Shown: piece by piece, positions 1-12,096 of the stretch
How positions within the stretch are numbered: position 1 is the stretch's first letter
How the letters are laid out: each line of letters opens with the position of its first letter
Source: Eledone cirrhosa
Taxonomy: Eukaryota
Length of the DNA: 64,000 nucleotides
Assembly (NCBI GenBank): GCA_964016885.1
Contig: OZ024745.1
Coordinates: 94,674,001 to 94,738,000, forward strand
Reading direction: 5' to 3'
Made by a program: the position numbers and the translations under genes
The notes under the pieces: model-generated
Seen by the model: only the letters and a program-made list of their open reading frames with translations
What the model was told of the DNA's origin: nothing
The model's database searches: none

Positions 1-235
1 ACACATATAACATTTGCACTATATAACCACTTATCTTCATGTTGTACTTTAACCTATATCTTTGATTTTTGATTGTACCTATTAATATAAATGTAATCTC
101 GAAGTGTGTACTGCCACTCTAAATTCTGTAATGAATGTTGACCCACAATGTTTGAATATGTATCAATGTTTGAATATGTATTGGTATGTCTCTCGGCTGA
201 AAAGGAGGTCATATAACTGTCCATGCATTAATAAA

Positions 236-284
236 TTGCTCCGAAGAATCCAAACCTCGGTTTGGAGGAAACAGCTGTAAGCAC
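236..284 (+). ncRNA. Type I hammerhead-like ribozyme (variant core CCGAAGA) in a PLE pLTR-like unit spanning ~1-490
   Basis: tgct-CCGAAGA-a tccaaac ctcg gtttgga g-GAAA-CAGCTG (palindromic stem III)-TA-agca. The unit ends in (TA)n. Confidence 0.7.
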
Positions 285-484
285 AATAATGTTTTGAACA
301 GTTCTTTGATTCTTATATTTCATATAACTGCTCTGTAAATCATCTGATGTTTTTACATTGAGCTACTTAACTTACTGGTAATAAGGTAGTAATACATTAC
401 TGCCTACCACTATTTAGGGTGTGTGTAAAATACTTACAACTGCTTAAGGTTTTGTGTTTACATAACCATAAATAGTATAACTAA

Positions 485-519
<35 letters not shown>

Positions 520-521
<2 letters not shown>

Positions 522-670
522 CGGTAGATTCCCGAAAGGAATTGGGAAGTGACTACAGTTTAACTAGGTACTCAATACGTTGGTAGAGTATAAGAATCGT
601 TATTTTGTATAGAAGTGATTTCTACATGACTAGAACTGTTTTAGTCCTGTAGAAGTCATTTCTATATAAA
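520..670 (-). mobile_element. HHR-element 3' fragment with fold-back inside the ribozyme (family of 35711-35895)
   Basis: Shares ggtactcaatac and (g)actagaactgttt with 35752-35820. ttctaca(t)gacta.../tagtcctgtagaa is inverted around ~638. Flanked by (TA)n. Confidence 0.6.
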
Positions 671-779
671 ATAAATAAATATATATATATGTATATATGT
701 GTGTATATATATATATATATATTATTAAGTGTAATTAAGTTTAAATTATTTAGAAGTGAAGCATATCAATTTGTCCCTG

Positions 780-907
780 GATGTTTACTGAGGAGAGCAG
801 GACATGATATTCCTACACTTATTCATCTCGAAACATATTTGGATTTTAAAGTTTAAACTTATCTACGGAACAGGTTTGATTTTGAAATTTAAATGTGTCT
901 AAACATC
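780..907 (+). ncRNA. Type I hammerhead ribozyme with long extended stem III
   Basis: Stem I gatgttta/taaacatc; core CTGAGGA (788-794); stem II gag...ctc; GAAA (830-833); stem III catattt/aaatgtg with further pairing; GUC site at 897-899. Confidence 0.8.
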
Positions 908-1063
908 ATAGCCATTTGGCAATGCAGTTCGTCTTTGTTGATTTATTATTTTAAATTGATATGGACAAACTGTAGTATAATAATTAGTATACTTCATTCT
1001 GGCTAAATTTTCTTTTGCAATATAAATACAGATGTGTTGGTATCTGTGTTTCATCATATATAT

Positions 1064-1109
<46 letters not shown>

Positions 1110-1121
<12 letters not shown>

Positions 1122-1770
1122 TTAAGGATACTATTTATGGTTATATATATACTAAAACCTTTTCTAGTTATATATATTTTAAACCCCAAATAGTGAAAGA
1201 CAGTAATTTATTACTATCTTATTACCAGTAAGATAAATAGCTCAATGTAACAACACCAGTTGTTTTACAGAGCAGTTATATATAAATTACATGAATCAAA
1301 GTTCTGTTTAAATCATTTATTGGCTTACAATTGTTTCTTCCAAACCGAGGTTTGGAGTCTTTGGAGCAATTATTCAGTGATTTTTTTACATACTTGACCT
1401 CCTTTTCAACACAAGAGAAATATAGAAACATATGTATATATTGACCCACAGTGGGTTGACATCCATTATAATAATATAGCATGGCAATTTACATACAAAG
1501 ATTACAGTCATATTAAAGTAACTTTAACTTTAATTTTGTCCTTTAATATGACTGTAATCTTTGTATGTATATTGCCATGCTATATTATTATAATGGATGT
1601 CAACCCACTCTGGGTCAATATATACATATGTTTCTATATGTCTCTTGTGTTGAAAAGGAGGTCAAGTATGTAAAAAATCACTGTATAATTGCTCCAAAGA
1701 CCCCAAACCTCGGTTTGGAAGAAACAATTGTAAGCAAATAAATGATTTAAACCGAACTTTGATTCATGTA

Positions 1771-1782
<12 letters not shown>
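1110..1782. mobile_element. HHR-bearing unit (family of 1-490) on the minus strand plus an inverted partial copy
   Basis: Inverted arms ~1277-1518 and 1541-1782 with a 22-nt spacer. Degenerate HHRs at 1323-1370 (-) and 1689-1737 (+) have stem III CAATTG. Bounded by (TA)n. Confidence 0.75.
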
Positions 1783-1829
<47 letters not shown>

Positions 1830-1832
1830 TAT

Positions 1833-2006
1833 AAACGCAACTCTGCCTCTCCTGGTCTTGATGGTGCTACGTACCTGCCTCTTAAACATGGTGGGGGACT
1901 TCCTTCTGCACCAGTTATCACGCTTCTTCCAATTCTGTCTGAACAACGGTGCTACTCCAGAACAGTGGAAAACTGCCAGTGTCATTCCTCTGTTCAAAAA
2001 GGGTGA
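1833..2006 (+). pseudogene. Non-LTR retrotransposon reverse transcriptase N-terminal fragment
   Basis: With one frameshift it translates to ...SPGLDG...CLNNGATPEQWKTASVIPLFKKGD, the typical LINE pre-RT motifs. Confidence 0.75.
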
Positions 2007-2675
2007 TGATAGTTGGAAGATCACTGATGAAGGACAAACTTTTTTCATATGTAACCCATTTGCAACTCCGCAGCGCCCTTATTATCATATTTACATATAT
2101 TTTTTCCTCTGCTGCTACACCGTCTTTTTAGTTCTATATATCTTTACCCTTTCTAGCAGTCTCTCTCTCTCTCTGTTAGCCTCTTCCTCACCTCACCCTT
2201 CACTCACTCATTCTCTGTCACTACCACTCCTCCTCCTCCTCTTTCTTCCCGTTTGACCTGTGAGTAACTCTTTACTCTCACATTCTCGGCCAAGCTGGTC
2301 GGAATTTTTTCTCTCTCGTCCACGATTTCACAGAACTTATGTTTACCAAATTCGCAGACCAGACCCCTTCTTCCTCCCGTTAGACCTGTGCGAAATTCCT
2401 TCCTTGCTCACATTTCAACCAGGTTTGATGGTCTTTATTCTCTCGTTCACGATTTCACCGAACTTAAATTCATAGAAATCTGGGACTTGTCTCCTTCTTC
2501 CTCACTTTCTGTTGCCTAACCATTTTGTTTATTTACCTTCGCGTCCCCTTTATTTACGTGTCCCAACGACTTTTTTTAGCCGTTGCTCGCACCAACCGGA
2601 GGTATATGGTCTTTAAAGCGATGAAATACCTATGATAGTTGGAAGATCACTGATGAAGGACAAACCTTTTTCATA
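2006..2675 (+). repeat. ~626-bp unit bounded by ~45-bp direct repeats containing CTGATGA
   Basis: atgatagttggaagatcactgatgaaggacaaac at 2006 and 2632; CT-rich interior; similar to the reverse complement of 59643-60444. Confidence 0.55.
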
Positions 2676-2689
2676 TATATATATATATA

Positions 2690-2860
2690 TATAACGAAGG
2701 AATTGTGGTAAGGAACCAGATGGAACATAATGCACCAAAGTAATCAATACTTAGGGTAGTAGAGTGGGTTTTGGAACAAATATGACCCCGACGGCAGAGC
2801 TCAAGCCGTTTCGACGGCTATTTCTGGACTAAATAAGAATTTTTAGCCTGGTAAATAATC
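2690..2860 (-). mobile_element. 3' half of an HHR plus tail of a PLE-derived element (family also at 38065, 39515, 48590, 55555, 58698)
   Basis: Minus strand reads tagccgtcGAAAcggcttgagctctgccgTCggggtc, then a tail running into (TA)n. Confidence 0.7.
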
Positions 2861-2861
2861 A

Positions 2862-3902
2862 TTTTCTTTTAAAATAAACGTTGACGCAAAAACACAGAAT
2901 ATAAATGAAGCCATTCAGCACAGTAGTTACTTATCTGGAAGAGTTTAATATGTTATGAGAAGACAAGGAAACGGTCTCTGAAGGAAACGTATAGATACAA
3001 AAAATCACTAAGTTATTGTAGATATAGTTAAACAGTGGATTTGGTAAGTAGAGTAAGTACTGAAGATAGAAAGAAAACTTATTACTTCTGAATATGCATT
3101 GCAATGTACTTAACACAACTTCCCCCAACTTCATATTGTGGTCCTGGTTACTAGAACCACCTGCCCTATGAATACATTTAAAGATGACCACTCAGGTGAA
3201 AATAGTCGTGTTTATGAGGATAGTTCCCCATCCTCCCACCAGTCTTAAAGGCTTATGAGCCTTGTCCTTTTACTCTGACTAGGTCATAATTGAAAGTTAA
3301 AGAATCCAACAGCAGTAATAGTACATCATAAAGAGACAATAAAACCATCTCTTTCTAATGAGTCGTTAATTTTTCTTCTGTCTATTAATGGATCTATTTA
3401 TAAATCATTCCATTTGCATCAATAATAAAGATAAAGGCTTTGTCAAATTATAAAGTATCTTAAAATGAATAGTTTAAAATATTTTCAGTAAATTTCAATT
3501 AAATTACATAATGTTTGCAATAGAAAACTGAAAAGGGGAGAAATCATTAAATAATGAAAGTATTGGAAAAAAAGCAGGTGCAAAAAAGATTCCCCAATCT
3601 AAGGGGTACACCACAACTGCATCTTCCGAACAAAATGTTGAAGGAATTTCCGTGGAGAACACCCAGTGATGCCCGTTGCATCAGCCATTTCACTTTATGT
3701 TGCTCCTTCCTTAGACGAGATACATCACCCCCAACATAGCAGAGGTGGACCGCAGTTCAAGGGCGGATGACGCCATAGGTCTCGACGGTGATCGACACAA
3801 TAACCAAGTGGTCGATCAAATCCAGGGATTTGACTATAAAATTTAATATTATATAGAAGAGACAAGGGCGGTGGATTGGCAGTATCGGTAGAAAGTCGGA
3901 CA
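2862..3902. repeat. Left arm of a ~1.04-kb near-identical inverted duplication (partner 7921-8961)
   Basis: Direct sequence comparison; mirrored ORFs 2931..3191/8632..8892 and 3554..3739/8084..8269. Confidence 0.95.
3620..3835 (-). pseudogene. C-terminal fragment of an RLE-type (CRE-like) non-LTR retrotransposon; copy at ~7990-8205 (+)
   Basis: Translates to ...ITVETYGVIRP*T...KWLMQRASLGVLHGNSFNIL, resembling the VETxG...QRxSxxxxxGN terminus of CRE-like endonuclease domains. Confidence 0.6.
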
Positions 3903-4086
3903 CCATGCTTTCCAGCATAGAGTTACGATCCTTCACAGTCTGAGTTCAAATCACGCCGAGGTTAACTTTGCCTTTCATCCTTACGGGGTCGATAAAATAA
4001 AGTACCAGTAACGTACTGGGGTCGATTTAATCGACTTTCCCCTCCTCCCAAATTACTGGCCTTGTTCGTATACAAGAAATCATTAT
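3864..4086 (+). mobile_element. tRNA-derived SINE (octopod-type family A), full length
   Basis: A box tggcagtatcgg, B box gagttcaaatc, core gttaactttgcctttcatccttacggggtcgataaaataaagtaccag; more than 15 copies in the window. Confidence 0.9.
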
Positions 4087-4809
4087 ATAGAACAGAGAAA
4101 GAGACAACATCTAGCTGGTAATGCTACTAAATATTGCGAATAATGGATATAAATCAAATATATTCAAACTACTCATATATGTGTGCTTGTATTTGTACAC
4201 GTACAAGTGTACAAGCGTTTGCGTGCAAGAATACGCAATTTCACGCCTGCCTGTTTGTATATTTGTGTATGTGTCTGCGGGTACATGTGCGTGTGAGTAA
4301 TATATTATTAACTTGATAATCTCAGAGGAATAATTAAGATATATTAAATTTAGGAACGATGACCTCTCAAGTAGTCAATTAAGCATATTATTAGAAGCAG
4401 TTGCAAGTTAATTAACATTCAGTATGTAAAGTTATATTTATAATACTGCTAGTAGGAGATTAGCAATGAATGAGTTTCCACGTAGGCGAGTGAGAAATGA
4501 TGTAATGCAGAAAAATGAAGTAGTAAATTAGAAAAAAAAAGACGACACAAAAATTGGATTACACAAATGTGTCAAAGCTACAATAAGAAGAAACAAATTA
4601 ACAGAAACTAAGAATATTAAATTAGATTCAGATAGCGAATTGCAACAGAACCACTTATACAAATACTTGGGGATATATGACATTGATAAGATACAGCTCA
4701 GAAAAATGAAGCAAAATAGAAAATAGTGTAACACAAAAGTCCGACTAATATTGTGTCTAACATAGCCACAATAAGAGATATTAGAGGAAGAGTATTATTT
4801 GATTTAATT

Positions 4810-5560
4810 TACCCCAATACTTAACTGATACTTTATTTCATCGACCTTAGAAGGATAAATGGCAACATTACTGGTACTTTATTTTATCGACCCCGTAAGG
4901 ATGAAAGGCAAAGTTAACCTCGGATGAATTTGAACTCAGACCATAAAGGGCCGTAACTCTTTGCTGCAAAGCATGGCGTCCGCCCAATCCACAGATTTAA
5001 ATAATTGTTTCTACTTTTGGCACAAGGACAGCAATTTACCAGTACATTACTGGTACTTTATTTTATCGGTCCCGTAAGGATGAAAGGCAAAGTTAACCTC
5101 AACGGGATTTGAACTCAGACCGTAAAGGGACGTAACTAAGCTAGAAAGCATGGCGTCCAACCTTCTACCGATACTGCCAATTCATCGCATGATTAAAATT
5201 CACCACAGATTAGAATAATTGTTTCTACTTTAGGCACAAGGCCAGCAATTATCCAGTACATTACTGGTACTTTATTTTATCGACCCCGTAAGGATGAAAG
5301 GCAAAGTCAACCTCGGCGGGATTTGAATTCACCACAGATTAAAATAATTGTTTCTACTTTAGGCACAAGGCCAGCAATTATTCCAGTGCATTACTGGTAC
5401 TTTATTTTATCGACCCCGTAAGGATGAAAGGCAAAGTCAACCTCGGCGGGATTTGAACTCAGATCGTAAAGGGACGCAACTATGCTGGAAAGCATGGTGT
5501 CTGACCCTCTACCGATACTGCCAATCCACCGCCCTTGAATTCACCACAGATTAAAATAAT
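4810..5560 (-). mobile_element. Tandem array of 4-5 family A SINEs separated by one recurring linker
   Basis: SINE cores repeat, with linker (ttca)ccacagatt(a)aaataat at ~4988, 5198, 5327 and 5538. Confidence 0.85.
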
Positions 5561-5607
5561 GAACTGAAATCATTGCTATAGATAATATTATGCTAAATAT
5601 TTGCAGT

Positions 5608-5790
5608 AATATTAGTTTCTGATTTAGCCACGTGGCCAACAATTTTGGGGGAGGGCAAAGTCAATTAAATCGAACCCAGAGCATTTCTGGTACTTTATCT
5701 TATCGTCCCCGTACGGATGAAAGGCAAAGCTAACCATAGCTATAAAGCATGTTTTCCGGCGCTCTACCGATACTGCCAATCACCGCCCTT
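5608..5790 (-). mobile_element. SINE family A with target-site duplication
   Basis: SINE core; aatatttgcag(t/g)aatatt on both sides. Confidence 0.85.
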
Positions 5791-5959
5791 AATATTTGCA
5801 GGAATATTGAATTAATTAAGTAATTGTTGATTTTTTTCTTCTAGTCAATAGGAGGCGATTAATATTATTGATACAGTAGCCATCTAAATTCCCAACTATA
5901 GCTGCCGGGTGAACTGAACATCATACTGGAAAAACTAGAAAAACAAACCTCTGCATTAT

Positions 5960-6149
5960 AATTATTTCTACTTTTGGCACAAGGCCAGCAATTATCCCAG
6001 TGTATTACTGGTACTTTATTTTATCGAGCCCGTAAGGTTGAAAGGCAGAGTTAACCTCGGCGGGATTTGAACTCAGTCCGTAAAGGGACGTATCTGTGCT
6101 GCAAAGCATGGTGTCTGACGCTCTACCGATACTGCCAATCTACCGCCCT
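5960..6149 (-). mobile_element. SINE family A with target-site duplication
   Basis: SINE core; gcattataa on both sides. Confidence 0.85.
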
Positions 6150-7213
6150 CAGCATTATAATACTACCAAATCAAAACTAGTATAATTAAACTACCATTTC
6201 GCTTACGGAAGTAACATCTTTAGAAACATAGTATAAAAACAAATACAGTATATCTTGAAAAATATTTAAACGCAAGTGACGGTACACATATTTGCATAAT
6301 TAATATGAGAATATGAACAGCTGAAAATTACTTTTTTTATATGTAATGAAACAAGGAAGTGCAATTTAGAAGGATATTTATACCTAAGAAAATAATTAGA
6401 TAAAAATAAGAAAAGGGAAAAGAGTTTAAGAAAGTATGCCACGATTCACAGTTTCGTTTTGTATTTAAAGTTTTCGTAGAAGAATGTTTTGACTAGAACC
6501 ATGGATTCCCCATACCCAATGGTTTTACTACATGCTCGGTTACTAACCTCAGCATTTCTAGGTCTCTGTGAATTGGTCTCGAGCTGGGTTTCTCCAGGTT
6601 TTTATAGGGTTTATTTTTTTCCTTAACAAAGCTGCTCGATAGGTACGATCCGAAATTGTAAGAGATTGTAGGGAATTACATGTTACCAGTAGAAATCACA
6701 GTTTCAGTCTTAACAATGGCCACTGAAAAGATAATCGTCAACTATGGGTTATTGTAGAAGACATTTTTCCAGGGTGCCGTTAAATAAGATCGAACTATGT
6801 GTTTGTTAAGTCTACACTTAATCTTCACCTGTCGTAGGACACAGCAATCACGACATTGTTTAATAAACTATCCTAACTTACCTCTCACTAAAAACGAATG
6901 AAGTCTAAAAAGTACATTGTTATTGTTGTTCTTGTCGTCGTTATTACTTAACATTAGACAGCTCTATAACTAAGACTTTCCAGCATTGACCAGTTTTAAA
7001 AAGTCAAAATGCGATTTGATGGCTGATATTACTAGTAGGTTGAAAAAATATGATAAAGGCTCCGTCGATAAATGAACAGATTTACGTGTATAACATTGTC
7101 ATTTCTTTTTCACATATCTTTTCAAGGAGAAAAATGAATAAAGTTTACGAATGTTTTAATGATAAGCATAGGAAATATGACTCAGACAGCAAACTGGCCT
7201 AAATAATTATTCG

Positions 7214-7249
<36 letters not shown>

Positions 7250-7253
<4 letters not shown>

Positions 7254-7920
7254 GTGTGTGTAGCCTCTGTAGCCTCAGTACCCCCTCTCCCGTAATTTTA
7301 AGATAGTATTGACCTATTACGCTTTTTATAGTAGATGTGTTAGACCCCGTAATTGTTTTTTTTTTTGTTACTACTCCATTTCTACAATTTCTAAATTCCT
7401 TATTTAGTATTTTTGTTCTCAACCTATTAACCTGTCATCGTAAGATAGCATTGGCTGTTTACGCTTTACTAACTATTTATAGCAGCGGTGTTAGACCCCC
7501 TGTAAAGCCAGCTTTAAACATTTTTTTTCACTACCAACCACAATCTCGTTTTCTCCTATTCTCTACCTATTAAACTTTTCTATAGCTTAGCAATACCTAC
7601 TAATTTTTAGCAGCTGTTTTTGTTTTTTTCATTTCTCACTAGCAATGTGGTCTCTATATATTTATAAATAGTTTTTTTTTACTCCCTTTCGACCTACCTA
7701 TTCTTTCAACACCCCCCCTCCTTTTCTCCAGTACAATTTGTCGACCTTTTATACACTATCCTTAGAATCTGCTGTATAGATTTCACTTTCAACGCCTGAC
7801 TGACTTTCGCCACTCCCTCTTTGTTCTACCGGCAAGTTCAGCCACCCCTACCTCTCACCAAATGCCATGATATTTTTATCTGTCTTTATAATAAATTTTA
7901 ACCAATCATCTTGACAATTA
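7250..7920 (+). mobile_element. Upstream part of the HHR-element family of 48590-48800, broken just before the ribozyme
   Basis: gccacccctacc...aaatgccat...aaattttaaccaatcatcttgacaa matches 48591-48665; starts at (TA)n. Confidence 0.55.
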
Positions 7921-8961
7921 TGTCCGACTTTCTACCGATACTGCCAATCCACCGCCCTTGTCTCTTCTATATAATATTAAATTTTATAGTCAAATCCCTG
8001 GATTTGATCGACCACTTGGTTATTGTGTCGATCACCGTCGAGACCTATGGCGTCATCCGCCCTTGAACTGCGGTCCACCTCTGCTATGTTGGGGGTGATG
8101 TATCTCGTCTAAGGAAGGAGCAACATAAAGTGTAATGGCTGATGCAACGGGCATCACTGGCTGTTCTCCACGGAAATTCCTTCAACATTTTGTTCGGAAG
8201 ATGCAGTTGTGGTGTACCCCTTAGATTGGGGAATCTTTTTTGCACCTGCTTCCTTTCCAATACTTTCATTATTTAATGATTTCTCCCCTTTTCAGTTTTC
8301 TATTGCAAACATTATGTAATTTAATTGAAATTTACTGAAAATATTTTAAACTATTCATTTTAAGATACTTTATAATTTGACAAAGCCTTTATCTTTATTA
8401 TTGATGCAAATGGAATGATTTATAAATAGATCCATTAATAGACAGAAGAAAAATTAACGACTCATTAGAAAGAGATGGTTTTATTGTCTCTTTATGATGT
8501 ACTATTACTGCTGTTGGATTCTTTAACTTTCAATTATGACCTAGTCAGAGTAAAAGGACAAGGCTCATAAGCCTTTAAGACTGGTGCGAGGATGGGGAAC
8601 TATCCTCATAAACACGACTATTTTCACCTGAGTGGTCATCTTTAAATGTATTCATAGGGCAGGTGGTTCTAGTAACCAGGACCACAATATGAAGTTGGGG
8701 GAAGTTGTGTTAAGTACATTGCAATGCATATTCAGAAGTAATAAGTTTTCTTTCTATCTTCAGTACTTACTCTACTTACCAAATCCACTGTTTAACTATA
8801 TCTACAATAACTTAGTGATTTTTTGTATCTATACGTTTCCTTCAGAGACCGTTTCCTTGTCTTCTCATAACATATTAAACTCTTCCAGATAAGTAACTAC
8901 TGTACTGAATAGCTTCATTTATATTCTGTGTTTTTGCGTCAACGTTTATTTTAAAAGAAAA
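7921..8961. repeat. Right arm of the ~1.04-kb inverted duplication (partner 2862-3902)
   Basis: Reverse complement of 2862-3902 with few substitutions. Confidence 0.95.
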
Positions 8962-10049
8962 CGATTCTGTTAGAAGTTATTATATTTTACAAACCGTTTT
9001 ATCCAGCTTTATTTTCCAGGATCAGGTATATTTTCATTCCTTGGTGCTTAGCCATTTGTCTACATTATCTCAATATTCAAAAAATGTTTTGGTGGCTCAT
9101 ATTTTCGTATTGTACTTGTTATTTTAATTATGTTATTTTTTTTCAGTTGATCTTGTGCTATGTTCTATTTTGCTATAGTTTCTAAACAATGGACTGATGA
9201 CATTCTGGAGTTTTCTTTCTACCGGGATTTGAAGGATTAGGTGGGTTTGAGATTGATAACTCACTCTGTTAAGTCTTGGCTCAATGGAGTGATGTTTAGT
9301 GTATAAATCACTTTATTCACTATAATGATTATTGCTCAGTTAAAAAGAGGGGCAGACGTTACAACTCTTTTCAAATCTTGAGAATCTAGTGGAAGCAAGG
9401 GAGTGAGTGAGTTATCTTCAAGCTAATGATCTAGTCCATCCATTAAGAGAAGCCAAGGGCTAGGTGTTAAACACAACTTCCCTATATGTCTACCATCGAA
9501 CACTTCTACGTCAAAAATTGAACTAAGAACAAAAAGAGCTGGACAAATTTCGGCTGAGGCGCTAACTATTCTGCCAGGCCACCAGGCCTTATATTTAACA
9601 TCGTCAGAAGAATCAAAGGCAAAAGTGACTTTGGTGGAATTTGAACATAGAACACAAGGAACCGGAATCAATACTGCAAGACATTTCATCTGACGCTCTG
9701 CTAATTCGCCGCATATATGTCATAACTTCTTGGACATATTTCTTGCAGTGTCTGACTATTAGGCTAGTCACCCCCTAAACGAGCGATTTATTATTCGCAG
9801 CATGAAGAAATATCTCGTTGAAGTTCAATGGTGATTGCTTGATTTATGGTCTGTTTTTCTATATTATAAATTGTTTCGAATGGATCGTCTTTGCTTATTT
9901 CATTGTGACACGGGTTGTTGTATTTGTTGAAATGAAATGGAATTTACAGCTCATATCTAAGTAGCTTTCGTGTAGGTGTTTTATGAAAATTGCATCTCAT
10001 GGGAGATTTATCGGGTGTTTTAACGATAGGTATCCTGGTCATATCATGA

Positions 10050-10172
10050 AAAGCACCGTGAAATGTAGTCCCTTGCTGAAGACCACGACGTATCACGTGG
10101 TCCAGGAATTGAGCCCATGACCTCATGATTGTGACGGCCACCACGCTAACCCCTAGATCACGTGCTTTCACT
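10050..10172 (-). mobile_element. tRNA-derived SINE family B, degenerate
   Basis: Similar to 58305-58420 (ggttag...tcaattcctggacca...cttcagcaag). Confidence 0.55.
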
Positions 10173-10737
10173 TTTATATTGTTATATGAATGATCTAGAG
10201 TACACTTTAAATTTAGCTGGTTAGCCAAAGGTTTGTTTTCGAGCTTATTTTCGTTCTTGCGTATCTTTTTGCATCCGGTTTTGGTTTGTTGTCGTGAAAC
10301 TCTCATCCGTTAGGCTGTCAGGGTTGATGAATGAGGGACGAAATAAAAATAATATAAAATGTAATATATGAAAGATTTCAAATTCTGTCTGCATCAATAA
10401 TATGTATTTACAGGCCAGGAAATAGTTACTTACACTTTTCTTTACCTATAATTACTCATGAAGTGTACAACACCTTATCGTTTGTAGTCAGTCATAGGTA
10501 AATAAGCAACATGAATTAGGTGCATTATGCGACATAGAAGTGTTGTTGTTGGTGTTCTTTTTGTTGTTATTGTTGCTCTTCTTCTTCTTCTTCTTCTTCT
10601 TCTTCTTCATGGTAAAGTTGCAATCCAGTTTCGGGGTCTGCCATCACCATTGTTGAAACTGACAGGCTCCCGAGGTCTGTCATTGCCGCTGCTGAGACTG
10701 ACAGGTTCCCAGGGCCTACTCTCGCAGTTGTTAGCGA

Positions 10738-10870
10738 TCTGAGTTCAAATCCTATCGAGGTTAACTTTCATCCTTACGGGGTTGATAAAATAAAGTACCA
10801 GTAATGCACTGGGATAATTGCTGGCCTTGTGCCAAAAAATAGAAACAATTCTCATTATTATTATTTTCAT
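10738..10870 (+). mobile_element. SINE family A, 5'-truncated
   Basis: B box and core through to an (att)n tail. Confidence 0.8.
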
Positions 10871-10929
10871 TGTAAATTTTTCTTTACTCTCCATCGTTCC
10901 AGTTTAATTTCTTTCACCCATCTATTCCT

Positions 10930-11300
10930 GAGAGGGGCAGAGTCCTCAAACACCCCTTCCGGCGAGACCTGTCAGAAGTAACCGACTCCAACTGATCTGG
11001 CCGGACCCCCAAGCGAGACCAGCCAAGCTCTTGGAAGTTATCCAACCATCTTTCTCGGGGTCTAGTCCTGAGTCTCTTGCCATTTGGTTTTGCCGGTAGA
11101 ATCTGTCCAGCGATTCTTTCCTGAGAACTACATGTCCATAGTATCAGAGCTGTAATCTCTCAATTCGGAGAAGTAGCGGCTCTACCAGGAGTGAGTCTCT
11201 GAGCTCGTCACTACGCACTATATCGAGTAACGTTACTCCAAAGGCCCTTCGGAGGAACCCCATTTCGGCCGCTTGTATTCGCGATCGTATAGACGTGTTG
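10930..11300 (-). pseudogene. RTE-clade LINE C-terminal fragment
   Basis: SRIQAAEMGFLRRAFGVTLLDIVRSDELR...RLQL*YYGHV...GKR..RPRERWLD is the typical RTE C-terminus. Confidence 0.85.
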
Positions 11301-11309
11301 GATGAGAAA

Positions 11310-11531
11310 TATGGTTTCTTATATAGGCACAAGGTCAGCAATTTTGGGGGAGGGGAAAGTCGATTAAATCGATCTCAGTGCGTGACTGGTACTTTATTTT
11401 ATCGACTCCCGTAAGGATGAAAAGCAAAGTTAACCTCGGCGGGATTTGAACTCAGATCATAAAGGGCCGTAACTCTATGCTGCACAGCATGGTGTCCGAC
11501 GCTTTACCGATACTTCCAATCCACTGCCCTT
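11310..11531 (-). mobile_element. SINE family A
   Basis: Full A box, B box and core. Confidence 0.9.
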
Positions 11532-12096
11532 GAGAAATGAGAAATATAATGGAATATAATGAAACCAACTTTCATATATGTTTTAAGCTTCCACGGAATT
11601 ACACTCTTCCCATTCAAGAGAGGTAAATCCCTAATCTGAGACATGACGTGTTGCGTCTCGTTCTCCGCCTCCAACCTTGTCACTTCGAGCGCAAACTCAG
11701 GCACCGCCACCAGAAATTAGGGGATTTCATTCGTAAAATCAGAGAGACGGCGCCATTTTATCCAAGGAGCTCAGCTGAAATACCACTCAAATTGGAGCCT
11801 GTCGCTCCCCTCTTCTCTTTTTTCGTTGCTTAATTCCATTTTTTTTCTGTTATTTTTTCTTATTTACCTCTTTATTTTGTTTCCTTATTTCTATGTATAG
11901 TGTACATTTTTTTTACAACAGGATATTTTGTATTGTAATAAAATCTTTAGTGAATTATGACATTATAATATAAGAGAGAGGGGGAGCTAGCTAGATAGAT
12001 AGAGATAGAAATAGAGATAGAGAGAGAAATAGAGATAGATAGATAGAGAGAGAGAGAGATAGAGACAGAGAGAGATAGAGATAGATAGAGACAGAT

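Noticed and set aside
4867-5560. CRISPR-like repeat-spacer pattern
   Set aside because: The intervening sequences are homologous SINE copies, there are no cas genes, and the context is eukaryotic.
9423-9689. ORF with PWWP-like 'KAWWPGRIV'
   Set aside because: Short, overlaps a degenerate SINE at ~9590-9710, and has no other PWWP features or clear splice sites.
11640-11945. GC-richer stretch with a 61-aa ORF and AATAAA
   Set aside because: Might be a LINE 3' remnant, but I recognise no diagnostic motif.
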